A stretch of DNA of 64,000 nucleotides from Patescibacteria group bacterium. Its GTDB lineage: Bacteria; Patescibacteriota; Minisyncoccia; Phycocordibacterales; Phycocordibacteraceae. The DNA is taken from assembly GCA_018971265.1 (NCBI GenBank), contig JAGXBE010000001.1, positions 1,051 through 65,050 on the forward strand, given 5' to 3'. Under the pieces are notes generated by a model. The model searched no databases. It was not told the DNA's origin and saw only the letters and a program-made list of their open reading frames with translations. Shown one piece after another: positions 1 to 10,278 of this stretch. Both the position numbers and the translations under genes were made by a program. Position 1 is the first letter of the stretch. The number at the start of each line of letters is the position of its first letter.

Positions 1-466
1 GAAATCCACCAAGAGCATTGTAGGAGAAGAAATGGGCGTAGCGCATGGAGCCGACGCCGGCGAGAATGGGCGCGACAGTGCGCACGATAGGCACAAAGCG
101 CGCGAGAATGACCGCGCGGCCACCGTAGGTTTTGAAGAAATCCTGCGTGCGCGCGACGTATGCCTGTTTAAAAAACCGCGAGTCTTTGCGATGAAAAAGA
201 CTCTCGCCGATATTCGCGCCAAACCAGTACCCTACCGAGTCACCGAGTATTGCCATGGCGACGACGACGAAGACTAGGGGTCCGAACGCGAGAAAGCCGC
301 CGGCGGAAAGAAGCCCCGCGACAAAAAGAAGCGAATCGCCCGGAAAAAAGACGCCGAAAAGGAGTCCGCTTTCGGCAAAGATGAGTATTGCTATTCCCAG
401 GTAACCGCCCGTCTTTACGATGGCCATCGGGTCGAGATGTATACACGCGGTCAAAAAATCAAGCAT
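1..466 (-). CDS. DedA/VTT family membrane protein (3' end runs off the window)
   Basis: Manual minus-strand translation from ATG at 466: MLDFLTACIHLDPMAIVKTGGYLGIAILIFAESGLLFGVFFPGDSLLF...GDSVGYWFG...ILARFVPIVRT, the DedA signature motifs. Not in the ORF track because it is open-ended. Confidence 0.9.
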   Translation of the reverse strand, partial: MLDFLTACIHLDPMAIVKTGGYLGIAILIFAESGLLFGVFFPGDSLLFVAGLLSAGGFLAFGPLVFVVVAMAILGDSVGYWFGANIGESLFHRKDSRFFKQAYVARTQDFFKTYGGRAVILARFVPIVRTVAPILAGVGSMRYAHFFSYNALGGF

Positions 467-474
467 TCTCGTAC

Positions 475-482
475 AGTATACT
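475..482. promoter_or_regulatory. Palindromic AGTATACT: candidate shared -10 element (TATACT on both strands) for two divergent genes
   Basis: Only 23 bp separate the start codons at 466 (-) and 490 (+). TATACT lies 7 nt before the + ATG and 8 nt before the - ATG. Confidence 0.55.
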
Positions 483-489
483 AGAAAAT

Positions 490-3261
490 ATGGAATCCGC
501 GCCAAAGCTGTCAACGCCCGAGGAAGAACTTGCCTATTTGCGCGAGCAGGTCGCGCGCAAGGAACAAGAACTTCGGAAACGCGGAACATCGGACATTCAT
601 GCGGAACGTCCGCGCATTATTTCCGAGGAAGTTCGCGCGTATCACGCCGCCGCCCCGGAAATGCTCGCGAACGAATATCGTCTCAGTGATACGGCGGCGC
701 ATGATGCCGCCTCGAAGATATTCGCCGAGCTCAACTTTGGCGGCGATGAGGCCGCAATCGCTTCTCTGCAAGCCACGATGGAAGAAAGGGGAATTAAAAA
801 CGCGCTCATGGTGCTTGAGAAACTCCATAATCCGCATATCACGGACGACTTTCACCGGTATCTCGTGCGCTACGTTGCGGCCGGGCTGCCGCTTACCGGC
901 GCTAATGAGAACGGTCCGCGTTTTCAAGCTCTCCATATGACGCTCTATGAAATCGCACTTCCGGGACCAAAGAACGAAGAATCGAACGCACGCACGAAGA
1001 CGCTTAAAGAGCTCGTCTCCGCCATGGAGCAATTTTACGCGGGACTCCTTTCGGTCGAGGATGCTGCGCCCGGTGAGCCGCACTATTATGCGCTCGAGCT
1101 TGCGGTACCCGCGGACAGTCCCGAACTCCAGTTTTATGCAGCAGTGCCGAGCGGTAAGCGTTCACTTTTTGAAAAACAGCTCCTTGCGATTTTTCCGGAT
1201 GCGCACATCGTGCCGCAGCCGAACGACTACAACATATTCGTGCCGGGCGGCGTCGCGCTCGTTTCGACCGCGCGGCTTGCAGAGAATCCCGCGCTGCCCT
1301 TGAAGGACTATACCGATTTCGACTACGACCCCTTGAACGCCATCACGAACGCCTTTGCCAAAATAGAACACGTCGGCGAGGGCGCTGCGCTCCAGATAGT
1401 CATCGAGCCGCGTGCCGAGCGGCACGTGAAGCATTATCAGAAGATTCTCCGCGCCCTCCGGAAGGGCGAGAAACATACCGCGGCGTTTTCCATCCCGGAA
1501 ACGGCTCTGGGCGAATTCGCACGCGATATCGGCAAAGCGCTGTTTTCGAGCAAACCCAAAGATGAGGAAAGGGCAAAGGAAGTCGAGATTCGCCAGATAG
1601 AGACGAACAAGGCGCACGTCGAGCAGGTGGAAAAAAAGATCGCCACGCCCATCGTCGGCGCAACGATACGCCTCTCCGCTTCTTCAAAGGACGAAAGCAA
1701 GGCGCAGCAGGTGCTCGGCGAACTTGAGGCGGCGTTCAATCAGTTCGCGAATACGCAGGGAAACAGGTTGGAATTCACGCGCGCCGCGAAGCGGCGCGCG
1801 CAAAGCATTTTCGATGATTTTTCTTTCCGTCTGCCAGACTCATCGGCGCTTCCGCTCTCGCTCCGCGAGCTTACGACCATCTATCACTTCCCGCCGTCGG
1901 GCATCGAGAGTTCGCCGCACCTGAAGCAGGCGCGCTTCACGCACGCACCAGCGCCGCTTACACTTACGCAAACGGGCGCGCTCCTCGGCGCGAACAGTTA
2001 TCGGGGACAGGAGACGCGCATCTACCTCGACCCCGAAGATCGCCTGCGCCACCTCTATATCATCGGCCAGACGGGCACCGGCAAGACCGGTCTCATGAAA
2101 AGCATGATCATCCAGGATATTAAAAATGGCGAAGGATGTTGCTTCATCGACCCGCACGGCTCCGACATTCTCGACATCCTCGCTGCCGTGCCGCCCGAGC
2201 GGTACAAAGATGTCATTTATTTCGACCCCGCCGACCTCTCGCGCCCGTTCGGGCTCAACTTCCTCGAGTACGACTTTTCGCGCCCCGAGCAGAAAACATT
2301 CATCGTGAACGAGCTTCTCATGATCTTCCGCCGGCTCTATGGCGACGTTCCCGAAAGTATGGGTCCCGCATTCGAACAATATTTCCGCAACGCAACTCAG
2401 CTCGTGATGGAGGACCCGGCGAGCGGTTCGACGATTCTCGACATTGCGCGCGTGCTCTCCAACAGCGACTTCCGGCGCGCAAAGCTCAATAAGAGCATGA
2501 ACCCCATCGTGAACCAATTCTGGAATGAAATCGCGAGCAAGGCCGGCGGGGACGCGGCGCTCGAGAACATCGTGCCGTACATCACCAACAAGTTCGACGA
2601 CTTCACCGCGAACGATTTCATCCGTCCCATCGTGGGGCAGCAGGAATCCTCGTTCAAATTCCGCGAGGTAATGGATAACAAGAAAATACTTCTCGTGAAC
2701 CTCTCGAAAGGACGTCTCGGCGAAAGAAATGCGAACCTACTCGGCCTCATCATCGTCGGCAAGCTCTTTATGGCGGCGCTCGCGCGCGCGGATAACCCGC
2801 GCGCGGCGTATCCGCCATTCTATCTCTACATCGACGAGTTCCAGAACGTGACTACCGATTCGATCCCCGGCATCCTCTCCGAAGCGCGCAAATATAAGCT
2901 TGCGCTCACGGTGGCGCACCAGTTTCTCAACCAAATTGAAGAGAAGACGCGCGACGCGGTTTTCGGCAACGTCGGTAACATGGCGGTTTTCCGAGTGGGC
3001 GAGGAAGACGCCGAGTTTTTCGCGAAACAATTCGCGCCGGTCTTCGCGACGCTCGACTTCGTGAACATAGAGAACCGCAATGCGTACATAAAGATTCTTG
3101 CGAACGGCATACCCCAGAAGCCGTTTGACATGAAGACGTCGGACTTGCCGGCCTTGAACCACGAACAGGTAGACGACCTTATTCAGCTTTCCTCGCTCAC
3201 CTACGGCCGCGACCGTGCTACAGTTGAGAGTGTGATTCGCGAGCGGTACCTCTCGCATTAA
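490..3261 (+). CDS. VirB4/VirD4-coupling-protein/HerA-like P-loop ATPase with long N-terminal domain
   Basis: DRLRHLYIIGQTGTGKT (Walker A), FIDPHG, LYIDEFQN (Walker B), LSEARKY, AHQF. Start moved from 388 to ATG 490 because of the dedA overlap and the -10 spacing. Confidence 0.85.
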   Translation: MESAPKLSTPEEELAYLREQVARKEQELRKRGTSDIHAERPRIISEEVRAYHAAAPEMLANEYRLSDTAAHDAASKIFAELNFGGDEAAIASLQATMEERGIKNALMVLEKLHNPHITDDFHRYLVRYVAAGLPLTGANENGPRFQALHMTLYEIALPGPKNEESNARTKTLKELVSAMEQFYAGLLSVEDAAPGEPHYYALELAVPADSPELQFYAAVPSGKRSLFEKQLLAIFPDAHIVPQPNDYNIFVPGGVALVSTARLAENPALPLKDYTDFDYDPLNAITNAFAKIEHVGEGAALQIVIEPRAERHVKHYQKILRALRKGEKHTAAFSIPETALGEFARDIGKALFSSKPKDEERAKEVEIRQIETNKAHVEQVEKKIATPIVGATIRLSASSKDESKAQQVLGELEAAFNQFANTQGNRLEFTRAAKRRAQSIFDDFSFRLPDSSALPLSLRELTTIYHFPPSGIESSPHLKQARFTHAPAPLTLTQTGALLGANSYRGQETRIYLDPEDRLRHLYIIGQTGTGKTGLMKSMIIQDIKNGEGCCFIDPHGSDILDILAAVPPERYKDVIYFDPADLSRPFGLNFLEYDFSRPEQKTFIVNELLMIFRRLYGDVPESMGPAFEQYFRNATQLVMEDPASGSTILDIARVLSNSDFRRAKLNKSMNPIVNQFWNEIASKAGGDAALENIVPYITNKFDDFTANDFIRPIVGQQESSFKFREVMDNKKILLVNLSKGRLGERNANLLGLIIVGKLFMAALARADNPRAAYPPFYLYIDEFQNVTTDSIPGILSEARKYKLALTVAHQFLNQIEEKTRDAVFGNVGNMAVFRVGEEDAEFFAKQFAPVFATLDFVNIENRNAYIKILANGIPQKPFDMKTSDLPALNHEQVDDLIQLSSLTYGRDRATVESVIRERYLSH

Positions 3262-3267
3262 AGCCGT

Positions 3268-5286
3268 ATGCAAGAAGGAGAACAAGGATTCCCGCAACCC
3301 AAACAACCCGATGAAAATTCGGAAAAACCGGGCGTACCCGAGGATAAGGGCGAGGCGTGGCTTAGGGAAAACATGGCGTTCCAGAAGGGAGAGTGGACCG
3401 TCACGTCCTCCGAATCCGGGCTAACAGATGCGCGCGACATCGACGATGACTTGATCGATGGAGACGAAGAAGGAAGTCCGAACTCGGGATCATGGATTTT
3501 CGCGCACCCCCTTCGACCGGCCAATGACTCGGAAAACGCAGGGAGGGTTGACAATCAGTCGCCCGGGACCGAGGGCACGCCGAAAGAGTGGCGCGAGAAG
3601 TTGAGGGGGCTTATTAAGGGCGCGAACGAACGGTTTGGATTTAGCGAGCGCGCAGAATCTCTCCAGGGTTATCTCGCAGAGCGTTCGAAAGGTTTTGATA
3701 CGAAAGCGAAAGAGTACGGACCGAAAGCGGAGAAACTTATTCGCTCTCTCGGCGAGAAATATAACAAGCTCGGCTGGAAGTCCAAGCTTGCGGTCGGTGC
3801 AAGTCTCGGCATCGGCGCAGCAGCATTTTCCGGGGTATCAACGTCGCTCGCGCTTCTTTTTGGCGCGGGGCTCGCCGCGCAACGCGTCGCCGGCATGACA
3901 GGCATGTTCCTCAAGTTTGAAAAACATTTGCAAGATACGGGAGAAGGGAAGTCGCAGGGTTTTTTCGCGCAGCAGGAGTGGTACAAAAAAATAGCGGAAA
4001 GACCGGAACAGCAGCGGAAACTCGCCGCGGCAATCATGTCACTCACCTATACCGGAGCCATGAGCGTCTCGATAGGAGAAGCAGTTCATCTCGCAAGCGG
4101 AACCGCTTGGGGCGAGGCAACGCACGAGTGGTTGAAGCAACACTGGCCGTTCGGAACTGCGGAACCGGCGCCCGCGACCGCACATAACGGGCGTGAAGTA
4201 TCCGGAATCATCCGACATCCCGAAGCCGTGCCGGCGCCGAGCGCACCCCCAATGCCGGAAATTTCAGTGCCGGCATCAACCGGGCATGGTGCCGAATACA
4301 TGCTGAAACGAGTCTGGGAAGATCTTCAGGAGAAACATCTTGATCCGAGCAACTACGCGCAAAATAGCGATATTCACCGACTCCTCACGGCCGATGCGCA
4401 TTCAATCGACACGCTTGTACACCAAATCGCCGCCGATCCGCAGCACGGCTTTTTCCATGCGGATGGCACGAGCGTCCGCATCAGTCCGGACGCGCATATG
4501 ACCATCGACGAACACGGCGAGATCCTTCTCTCTGACCCCGGCCACAAACTGACCTGGGCGCCCTCGCATTTGCCGACCACGCCGGCACACTCTCCTGAGG
4601 CGCCCGCCGCGCATTCCGAGGCGGTTCTCAAAAATATCGACTCGCCGGCGGTACCCGAAGTACCTGTTTCAGCGGGCGCATCTCTCCCTGCCGAGACCGT
4701 CGTCGCGCCACACGCACCGGCGGCAGAGCACGCGCCCGCCCCTGAAAGCATTCCGGCAGGGCACCCTGGCACCGAATCGTCCGACGGCCCGGTCCTGCAC
4801 GACAATGAAGGGAGTATCGTGCAGGACAGGGAAGGCAGTCCTGTCCACACCGAAGCATACGGGTCGCTGCCCGAAAATGCGCCGTCTGCAACGGAACATG
4901 CAATTCCGAATCCGGAAGTCCCTCCTCCCCCCGCCGTCGCAATGGAGCACACGAGTCCTTTTATAAATCACAATGCGTTGTCGGTTGACCCGACCCACGA
5001 ACACATCTTCCAGGACACGAACGGTGCTTTGCTTGCCTACGGCAACGATCACGACGCGCAATTCAGGGCGGCGCAGGAGTACGTCAAAACGCACCACGAT
5101 GCGATTATCTGGGTACAAGCGGGGAAACCGGTTTTCTATAACGGCGAATGGAAACCTTGGGTATACTCGGTTCAATATGGCGGCTGGTGGCGAGGCGTAT
5201 ATGCGCTCATCCCTACCGAGGCGCCGGATCCGTCTCAGATAGGCGGTATCAATCCGGAAACGTTTATAAAACAACTCGACAAATAA
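3268..5286 (+). CDS. Large hypothetical membrane-associated protein with Pro/Ala/Glu-rich linker
   Basis: 672-aa ORF 6 nt after the ATPase; hydrophobic segment LAVGASLGIGAAAFSGVSTSLALLFGAGLAA; acidic N-terminus; P/A/E-rich region. Confidence 0.75.
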   Translation: MQEGEQGFPQPKQPDENSEKPGVPEDKGEAWLRENMAFQKGEWTVTSSESGLTDARDIDDDLIDGDEEGSPNSGSWIFAHPLRPANDSENAGRVDNQSPGTEGTPKEWREKLRGLIKGANERFGFSERAESLQGYLAERSKGFDTKAKEYGPKAEKLIRSLGEKYNKLGWKSKLAVGASLGIGAAAFSGVSTSLALLFGAGLAAQRVAGMTGMFLKFEKHLQDTGEGKSQGFFAQQEWYKKIAERPEQQRKLAAAIMSLTYTGAMSVSIGEAVHLASGTAWGEATHEWLKQHWPFGTAEPAPATAHNGREVSGIIRHPEAVPAPSAPPMPEISVPASTGHGAEYMLKRVWEDLQEKHLDPSNYAQNSDIHRLLTADAHSIDTLVHQIAADPQHGFFHADGTSVRISPDAHMTIDEHGEILLSDPGHKLTWAPSHLPTTPAHSPEAPAAHSEAVLKNIDSPAVPEVPVSAGASLPAETVVAPHAPAAEHAPAPESIPAGHPGTESSDGPVLHDNEGSIVQDREGSPVHTEAYGSLPENAPSATEHAIPNPEVPPPPAVAMEHTSPFINHNALSVDPTHEHIFQDTNGALLAYGNDHDAQFRAAQEYVKTHHDAIIWVQAGKPVFYNGEWKPWVYSVQYGGWWRGVYALIPTEAPDPSQIGGINPETFIKQLDK

Positions 5287-5308
5287 ACACCGTGCTATGA
5301 TGCCACCC

Positions 5309-5605
5309 ATGCAAGACGAATTAACCTCCGCAATTGCGAACGACCTCGGCATCGCCGGCCTTCCGCCTGCGGAACAGCAGGCGCTCATCGGACAGTTTGG
5401 AGAGATCGCTCTTAAGGCCGCAACGCTCTCGGTCATGGAGAAACTTTCCGATGAGAAGCGCGCCGCGTTCGCAAAGCTTTCGGAGGAAGGGGATGCCCCC
5501 GCAATCAAGGCCTTCCTCGACCTTGAATTGCCCGGACACGAGGAGGTGGTGAAGCAGGCGGTTGCCGAGGAAGTGAAGCGATTTAAAAATTTTCAGACAG
5601 CATAA
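5309..5605 (+). CDS. Small helical protein, DUF5663-like
   Basis: DLGIAGLPPAEQQALIGQF...EKLSDEKRAAF pattern recalled from CPR DUF5663 proteins. TG-C-TATGAT lies 7 nt before ATG 5309. Confidence 0.6.
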   Translation: MQDELTSAIANDLGIAGLPPAEQQALIGQFGEIALKAATLSVMEKLSDEKRAAFAKLSEEGDAPAIKAFLDLELPGHEEVVKQAVAEEVKRFKNFQTA

Positions 5606-5621
5606 TATATACTTACGTTAT

Positions 5622-6158
5622 ATGAAACCAACCCAGACTGGAATCGCTGTTGCGCTTGCGCTCGTCGTGATCGCGGCGTTCTTTATTTTCCCGGGCCTTT
5701 TGCCCTTCACTTCGTCGGGCGCGGTCGGGACCGAGACGCCTGTTACTAACAATAATGACACGAACGTGCAAACAGCATCTGCCACAGCATCTACCGAATC
5801 TGCCGGTACACCTCCGGTTACGCAGCTTACGGTGACTGACGAAGTCGTCGGTACAGGCGCCACTGCGGTAGCGGGCGACAGTGTAACAGTTAACTATGTC
5901 GGCGCTCTGACTAACGGTACCGTTTTCGATGCCTCCGCCAATCACGGGACTTCCGGCTTTACCTTCACGCTCGGCGCGGGACAGGTCATTAAAGGATGGG
6001 ACGAGGGCATCGTCGGTATGAAAGTGGGCGGCAAGCGAAAGCTCATCATCCCCGCTTCGCTCGCGTACGGCAACCAAGCAATCGGGAACATAATCCCGGC
6101 AAACTCAACTCTTGTTTTCGAAGTTGAGCTTTTAAAGGTACAGACGCAGGGTAAGTAA
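5622..6158 (+). CDS. FKBP-type peptidyl-prolyl cis-trans isomerase, N-terminally membrane anchored
   Basis: VTVNYVGALTNGTVFDAS, FTLGAGQVIKGWDEG, RKLIIPASLAYG, IPANSTLVFEVEL; N-terminal TM helix. Confidence 0.95.
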   Translation: MKPTQTGIAVALALVVIAAFFIFPGLLPFTSSGAVGTETPVTNNNDTNVQTASATASTESAGTPPVTQLTVTDEVVGTGATAVAGDSVTVNYVGALTNGTVFDASANHGTSGFTFTLGAGQVIKGWDEGIVGMKVGGKRKLIIPASLAYGNQAIGNIIPANSTLVFEVELLKVQTQGK

Positions 6159-6267
6159 AAGCTTGCGTTTCTATCAGTAATGTGCTATAAGATTTACTGG
6201 TAAGTAACGGTCTTTTGTATGCCTTGCCCGAGGGTTTGTCGGGTGCACAAGAAAGGAAGGGGTCATT

Positions 6268-6861
6268 ATGATCTCCAGGTTGGTTGCGCGAATCACTCTT
6301 GCGAGTATGCCTCTCTTGCTCGGGGCGTGCGCCTCGATGTCATCTTTCAACGGGTATGTTTCGGCGTCATCCGAAGATGCGAAGAAAGTGGAGCATGGCG
6401 GGTACTCTGATGCGGCGACGGCGCAAATTGCCGTTGTACAGAACCCGGATTTCAACGGCGGCAGAATCTCCCCGCGGGCGCTGAAGAAAATACAGGAATA
6501 CTCGATCTCCTGTCAGCGGCAGATCGACGTACAGCTCGCGGGTGCCGGACAATCCGGGGTGAACGGTGCCGTGCCCTACGGCGTTGCGGGACTCGGTGTC
6601 GGCCCCGCCGCAAAAGCTGCGTTTGCGGGGGCAAGCATGCACGCATACGCGCTCTACGGCGGCATCGCGTATCTCTTGCCGGGTGCAGTGAACGGCCTCA
6701 TCACGGGTTCCTACGCCATGGCATCGGCGAAAGGGACGTGTACGCGCGATTTCTGGGAAGACGTGGTTCACACGGATCCGGATTTCCGCGGCACGCACGT
6801 CGTGGTGGTGTACGCCGGGAAGGCATTCGGTAATTCCATGCCTCCGGCGCTCAAGAAATAG
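6268..6861 (+). CDS. Hypothetical lipoprotein with glycine-rich hydrophobic segment
   Basis: Signal peptide with lipobox LLGA-C; SD-like AAGGAAGGGG upstream; terminator downstream. Confidence 0.7.
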   Translation: MISRLVARITLASMPLLLGACASMSSFNGYVSASSEDAKKVEHGGYSDAATAQIAVVQNPDFNGGRISPRALKKIQEYSISCQRQIDVQLAGAGQSGVNGAVPYGVAGLGVGPAAKAAFAGASMHAYALYGGIAYLLPGAVNGLITGSYAMASAKGTCTRDFWEDVVHTDPDFRGTHVVVVYAGKAFGNSMPPALKK

Positions 6862-6883
6862 CTTCATAACGAGGTACCACTCG

Positions 6884-6936
6884 GAACCGTGTATCTGTTT
6901 GTTTCCAAACAAACGCTGCACGGTTCTTTTATTTTT
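6884..6936 (+). terminator. Intrinsic terminator
   Basis: GAACCGTGTA..GTTTGTTT-CC-AAACAAAC..TGCACGGTTC followed by TTTTATTTTT. Confidence 0.7.
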
Positions 6937-6950
6937 GCTACGGTGTGTAC

Positions 6951-8171
6951 ATGAGTTCGATTTCTTTCACCATAAAGAAGCGCGCGCTGGCGTGTGGCGC
7001 CCGTGCCGGTGTTCTCACAACGCCTCACGGAATCATCCATACGCCCGCTTTTGTGCCGGTCGGCACCAAGGCGGACGTAAAGGGCATCCTGCCGGATGCT
7101 CTGAGTCTGCTCGGTGCCGAGATGGTTCTTGCGAACACCTACCATCTCTATCTGCAGCCGGGTGAGGGAATAGTGCAGAAGGCGGGCGGACTTGCGAAAT
7201 TCATGAACTGGCAGGGTCCGACCATGACCGACTCGGGCGGCTTCCAGGTTTTCTCGCTTGGCGCCGCTTTTGGAAAGACCATCTCGAAATTCGTACAGGG
7301 CGATGCTCCGAGGGAAGAGGCGGTCGCCGTCTATGACGAGAACGTTGCAAGCCAGCACGGTCAGCTCGCGGTCATCGATGAAGAAGGCGTTTCATTCACT
7401 TCTCATCTCGACGGCTCGCTTCATCGCTTCACACCGGAGCGTTCCGTCGAGATACAACACGCGCTCGGCGCGGATATTTTCTTTGCTTTTGATGAATGCA
7501 CTTCGCCAAACGAGCCGCATGACTACCAGAGGGAGGCGATGGAGCGCACGCATCGCTGGGCCGAACGCTCGCTGAAGACGCATCGGCAGAATCTTGAGGC
7601 GAAAAAGCGACAGGCACTCTTCGGTATCGTGCAAGGAGGGCGACACGAAGATTTGCGCAAAGAGTCCGCGCGCGCCATCGCCGCGCTTGGTTTCGATGGC
7701 ATCGGCATCGGCGGTTCGTTCAGCAAAGAGGACATGCGGGGCGCGCTTGCGGCCGCGGTAGGGGAGCTACCGGAAGAGCTTCCTCGGCACTTCCTCGGCA
7801 TTGGCGAGCCGGGCGATATCCTCGAGGGCATTGCGCATGGCATGGATCTTTTTGATTGCGTCGCGGCGACGCGTATCGGGCGGCACGGTTCCATTTACAC
7901 GCGCCGCGGCATCATCCACCTCACGGGCGAGAAGTTTAAGGATGACTTCGACCCGCTTGATCCCGAAATCGGTATCGCCGGCACGGAGAATTTCACGCGT
8001 GCGTACGTGGCGCACCTCATCCGCGCCAAAGAGATGCTCGGCTCGGTGATCTGTTCAATGCATAACGTCGGCTTCATTCTCGACCTCGTCAAGGGTGCGC
8101 GCCAAGCAATCGTCGATGGACGATTCGACGAATATCGTGCAGACTTTGTGCGCACGTACTACCGCTCATGA
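6951..8171 (+). CDS. tgt: tRNA-guanine transglycosylase (queuine tRNA-ribosyltransferase)
   Basis: TPAFVPVGT, LANTYHL, TDSGGFQVFSL, FGIVQGG, DLFDCV motifs. Confidence 0.95.
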   Translation: MSSISFTIKKRALACGARAGVLTTPHGIIHTPAFVPVGTKADVKGILPDALSLLGAEMVLANTYHLYLQPGEGIVQKAGGLAKFMNWQGPTMTDSGGFQVFSLGAAFGKTISKFVQGDAPREEAVAVYDENVASQHGQLAVIDEEGVSFTSHLDGSLHRFTPERSVEIQHALGADIFFAFDECTSPNEPHDYQREAMERTHRWAERSLKTHRQNLEAKKRQALFGIVQGGRHEDLRKESARAIAALGFDGIGIGGSFSKEDMRGALAAAVGELPEELPRHFLGIGEPGDILEGIAHGMDLFDCVAATRIGRHGSIYTRRGIIHLTGEKFKDDFDPLDPEIGIAGTENFTRAYVAHLIRAKEMLGSVICSMHNVGFILDLVKGARQAIVDGRFDEYRADFVRTYYRS

Positions 8172-10222
8172 ATAATTTCAAACTCCACACACCGTTCTTA
8201 CCGGCGGGCGATCAACCGGCGGCCATCGATGCACTTGAGCGGGGCCTCAAGGAAGGGTTGCGGCACCAGACCCTACTCGGTGTGACCGGGAGCGGAAAAA
8301 CCTTCACCATCGCAAACGTCATTGCAAGGTTTAACAAGCCGACCCTTGTCCTCGCGCACAACAAAACGCTTGCAGCGCAACTCGCGCAGGAATATCGGGA
8401 GTTCTTCCCGGAAAATGCGGTGCATTATTTCGTCTCCTATTACGACTACTACCAACCGGAGGCGTACATCGCGCACTCGGACACCTACATCGAGAAAGAA
8501 GCTATGATTAACGCCGAGATAGATCGATTGCGCCACGCGGCGACGCAGGCTTTGCTTACGCGCAAGGACGTCATCATCGTCGCATCCGTCTCGGCTATAT
8601 ACGGTCTCGGTTCTCCGGAAGAGTATCAGAAAGTGCACGTCAAGATAGAGAAAGGAACGGCGGAGAATCGTGCCGCGCTCATCCGCAAACTCGTCGGCAT
8701 TTATTTTGAACGGACGAACGCCGACCTCAATCCGGGGCAGATGCGCGCCATTGGCAACTCACTTGAGTTTATGCCCGTTAACGAGCGGGTGATGTACCGT
8801 ATCGCGTTTGGGGGCGATGTCATCACGGGGATCGATCAGCTTGACCCGGTCTCGCGCGCAAGGATGGCGGAACCGAAATCGGTTTTCGTCTTTCCGGCAA
8901 AACATTTCGTTACGAGCGAAGAGAAGCGCGATAGCGCCCTTAAGAACATAAAGCTCGAGCTCGATGAACAGCTTGCAAAATTCAAGCGTGAGGAAAAACC
9001 GCTCGAGCACGAGCGATTGAAGCGTCGCACGCTCCACGACATTGCGCTCATCCGCGAGCTCGGTTATACGAGTGGCATCGAAAACTATTCTCGCCATTTC
9101 GATGGACGTGCTGCCGGCGAACCTCCGCACACGCTCCTTTCTTATTTCCCGCACAAAAAAGACGGTGCACCGGACTTTCTTACCGTCATCGACGAGTCGC
9201 ACGTTACCGTTTCGCAAATAGGAGGCATGTATGCGGGCGATAAGTCGCGCAAAGACAATCTCGTCGAGTACGGTTTTCGTCTCCCCTCGGCGCGCGACAA
9301 CCGCCCGCTCATGTTCGAAGAGTTCGAAGAGCGCGTCGGACAGGTCGTGTACACGAGTGCGACACCGGGGGATTATGAACGCGCGCATTCCGGGCAGATT
9401 GTCGAACAGGTTATCCGTCCAACGGGGCTCATCGATCCCGAACTCGTCATACGCAATGTGACGGAAACCGGAAAGTACTCGGGACAGATCGCGGATTTCA
9501 TCGGTGAGGCGGAGATCGTTATCAAGCGCGGCGGCCGCGCGCTTGCGACGACGCTCACAAAGCAGATGGCGGAAGATCTCGCGGCATACCTGCGCGAACG
9601 CGGGATAAAAGCCGAGTATCTCCACTCGGACGTGAAGACGATAGATCGCATCGATATTCTCACCAACTTCCGCAAAGGGAGGTTTGACATTCTCGTCGGC
9701 GTGAATTTGCTTCGTGAGGGCCTCGACTTACCGGAGGTAGAGCTCGTCGGTATCCTCGATGCCGACAAAGAGGGCTTCCTGCGGAGCGAGACGTCGCTTA
9801 TTCAAACCATCGGCCGCGCCGCGAGGAATGTCCTCGGCCGCGTCATCCTCTATGCCGATGTCATGACCGGTTCCCTCGAGCGCGCAATTTCAGAAACAAA
9901 TCGCCGCCGCGCGCTCCAGATCGCGTATAACGGGAAGCACGGCATCACACCCGTTTCCATTAAAAAAGAAATTCATGATATCGCGGCGTCTATGCGCACG
10001 GAGCACCAGCGCACCATTGACGAGCTTTTGGTATTGGATACGCTCGCGTACAAAGATGATCCCGCGGCTTTCATCAAGCGCAAGAGGGAAGAGATGGCGG
10101 GGGCGGTGGAGCAACTGGACTTTGAAACCGCCGCGCTCATCAGGGACGAGATCTACAAGCTTGAAGGCATCGGCCCCAGGGCTCGCAAACCCCGCACTCG
10201 CAAGCCACTTTCAGGTTCTTAG
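8168..10222 (+). CDS. uvrB: Excinuclease ABC subunit B
   Basis: [46 protein letters not shown]-terminal UVR domain. Confidence 0.98.
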   Translation: MNNFKLHTPFLPAGDQPAAIDALERGLKEGLRHQTLLGVTGSGKTFTIANVIARFNKPTLVLAHNKTLAAQLAQEYREFFPENAVHYFVSYYDYYQPEAYIAHSDTYIEKEAMINAEIDRLRHAATQALLTRKDVIIVASVSAIYGLGSPEEYQKVHVKIEKGTAENRAALIRKLVGIYFERTNADLNPGQMRAIGNSLEFMPVNERVMYRIAFGGDVITGIDQLDPVSRARMAEPKSVFVFPAKHFVTSEEKRDSALKNIKLELDEQLAKFKREEKPLEHERLKRRTLHDIALIRELGYTSGIENYSRHFDGRAAGEPPHTLLSYFPHKKDGAPDFLTVIDESHVTVSQIGGMYAGDKSRKDNLVEYGFRLPSARDNRPLMFEEFEERVGQVVYTSATPGDYERAHSGQIVEQVIRPTGLIDPELVIRNVTETGKYSGQIADFIGEAEIVIKRGGRALATTLTKQMAEDLAAYLRERGIKAEYLHSDVKTIDRIDILTNFRKGRFDILVGVNLLREGLDLPEVELVGILDADKEGFLRSETSLIQTIGRAARNVLGRVILYADVMTGSLERAISETNRRRALQIAYNGKHGITPVSIKKEIHDIAASMRTEHQRTIDELLVLDTLAYKDDPAAFIKRKREEMAGAVEQLDFETAALIRDEIYKLEGIGPRARKPRTRKPLSGS

Positions 10223-10278
10223 GTGGAGTGATACACTCATGTCGTACCTGCCCCGCCACGGGCAGGAAATTTGCATAG

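Noticed and set aside
32-446. Short ORFs 32-277 (+) and 240-446 (-), and the 388 start of the ATPase
   Set aside because: The region is occupied by the dedA-like gene in another minus-strand frame, starting at 466.
7272-7350. Insertions in Tgt (here) and AtpA (about 19660-19715) as palindromic elements
   Set aside because: Only short, broken pairings, which are expected by chance at this GC content.
10246-10265. CCTGCCC-CGCCAC-GGGCAGG hairpin between uvrB and uvrA
   Set aside because: Single short hairpin with no U-tract and no second copy seen; not enough to call a terminator or repeat family.
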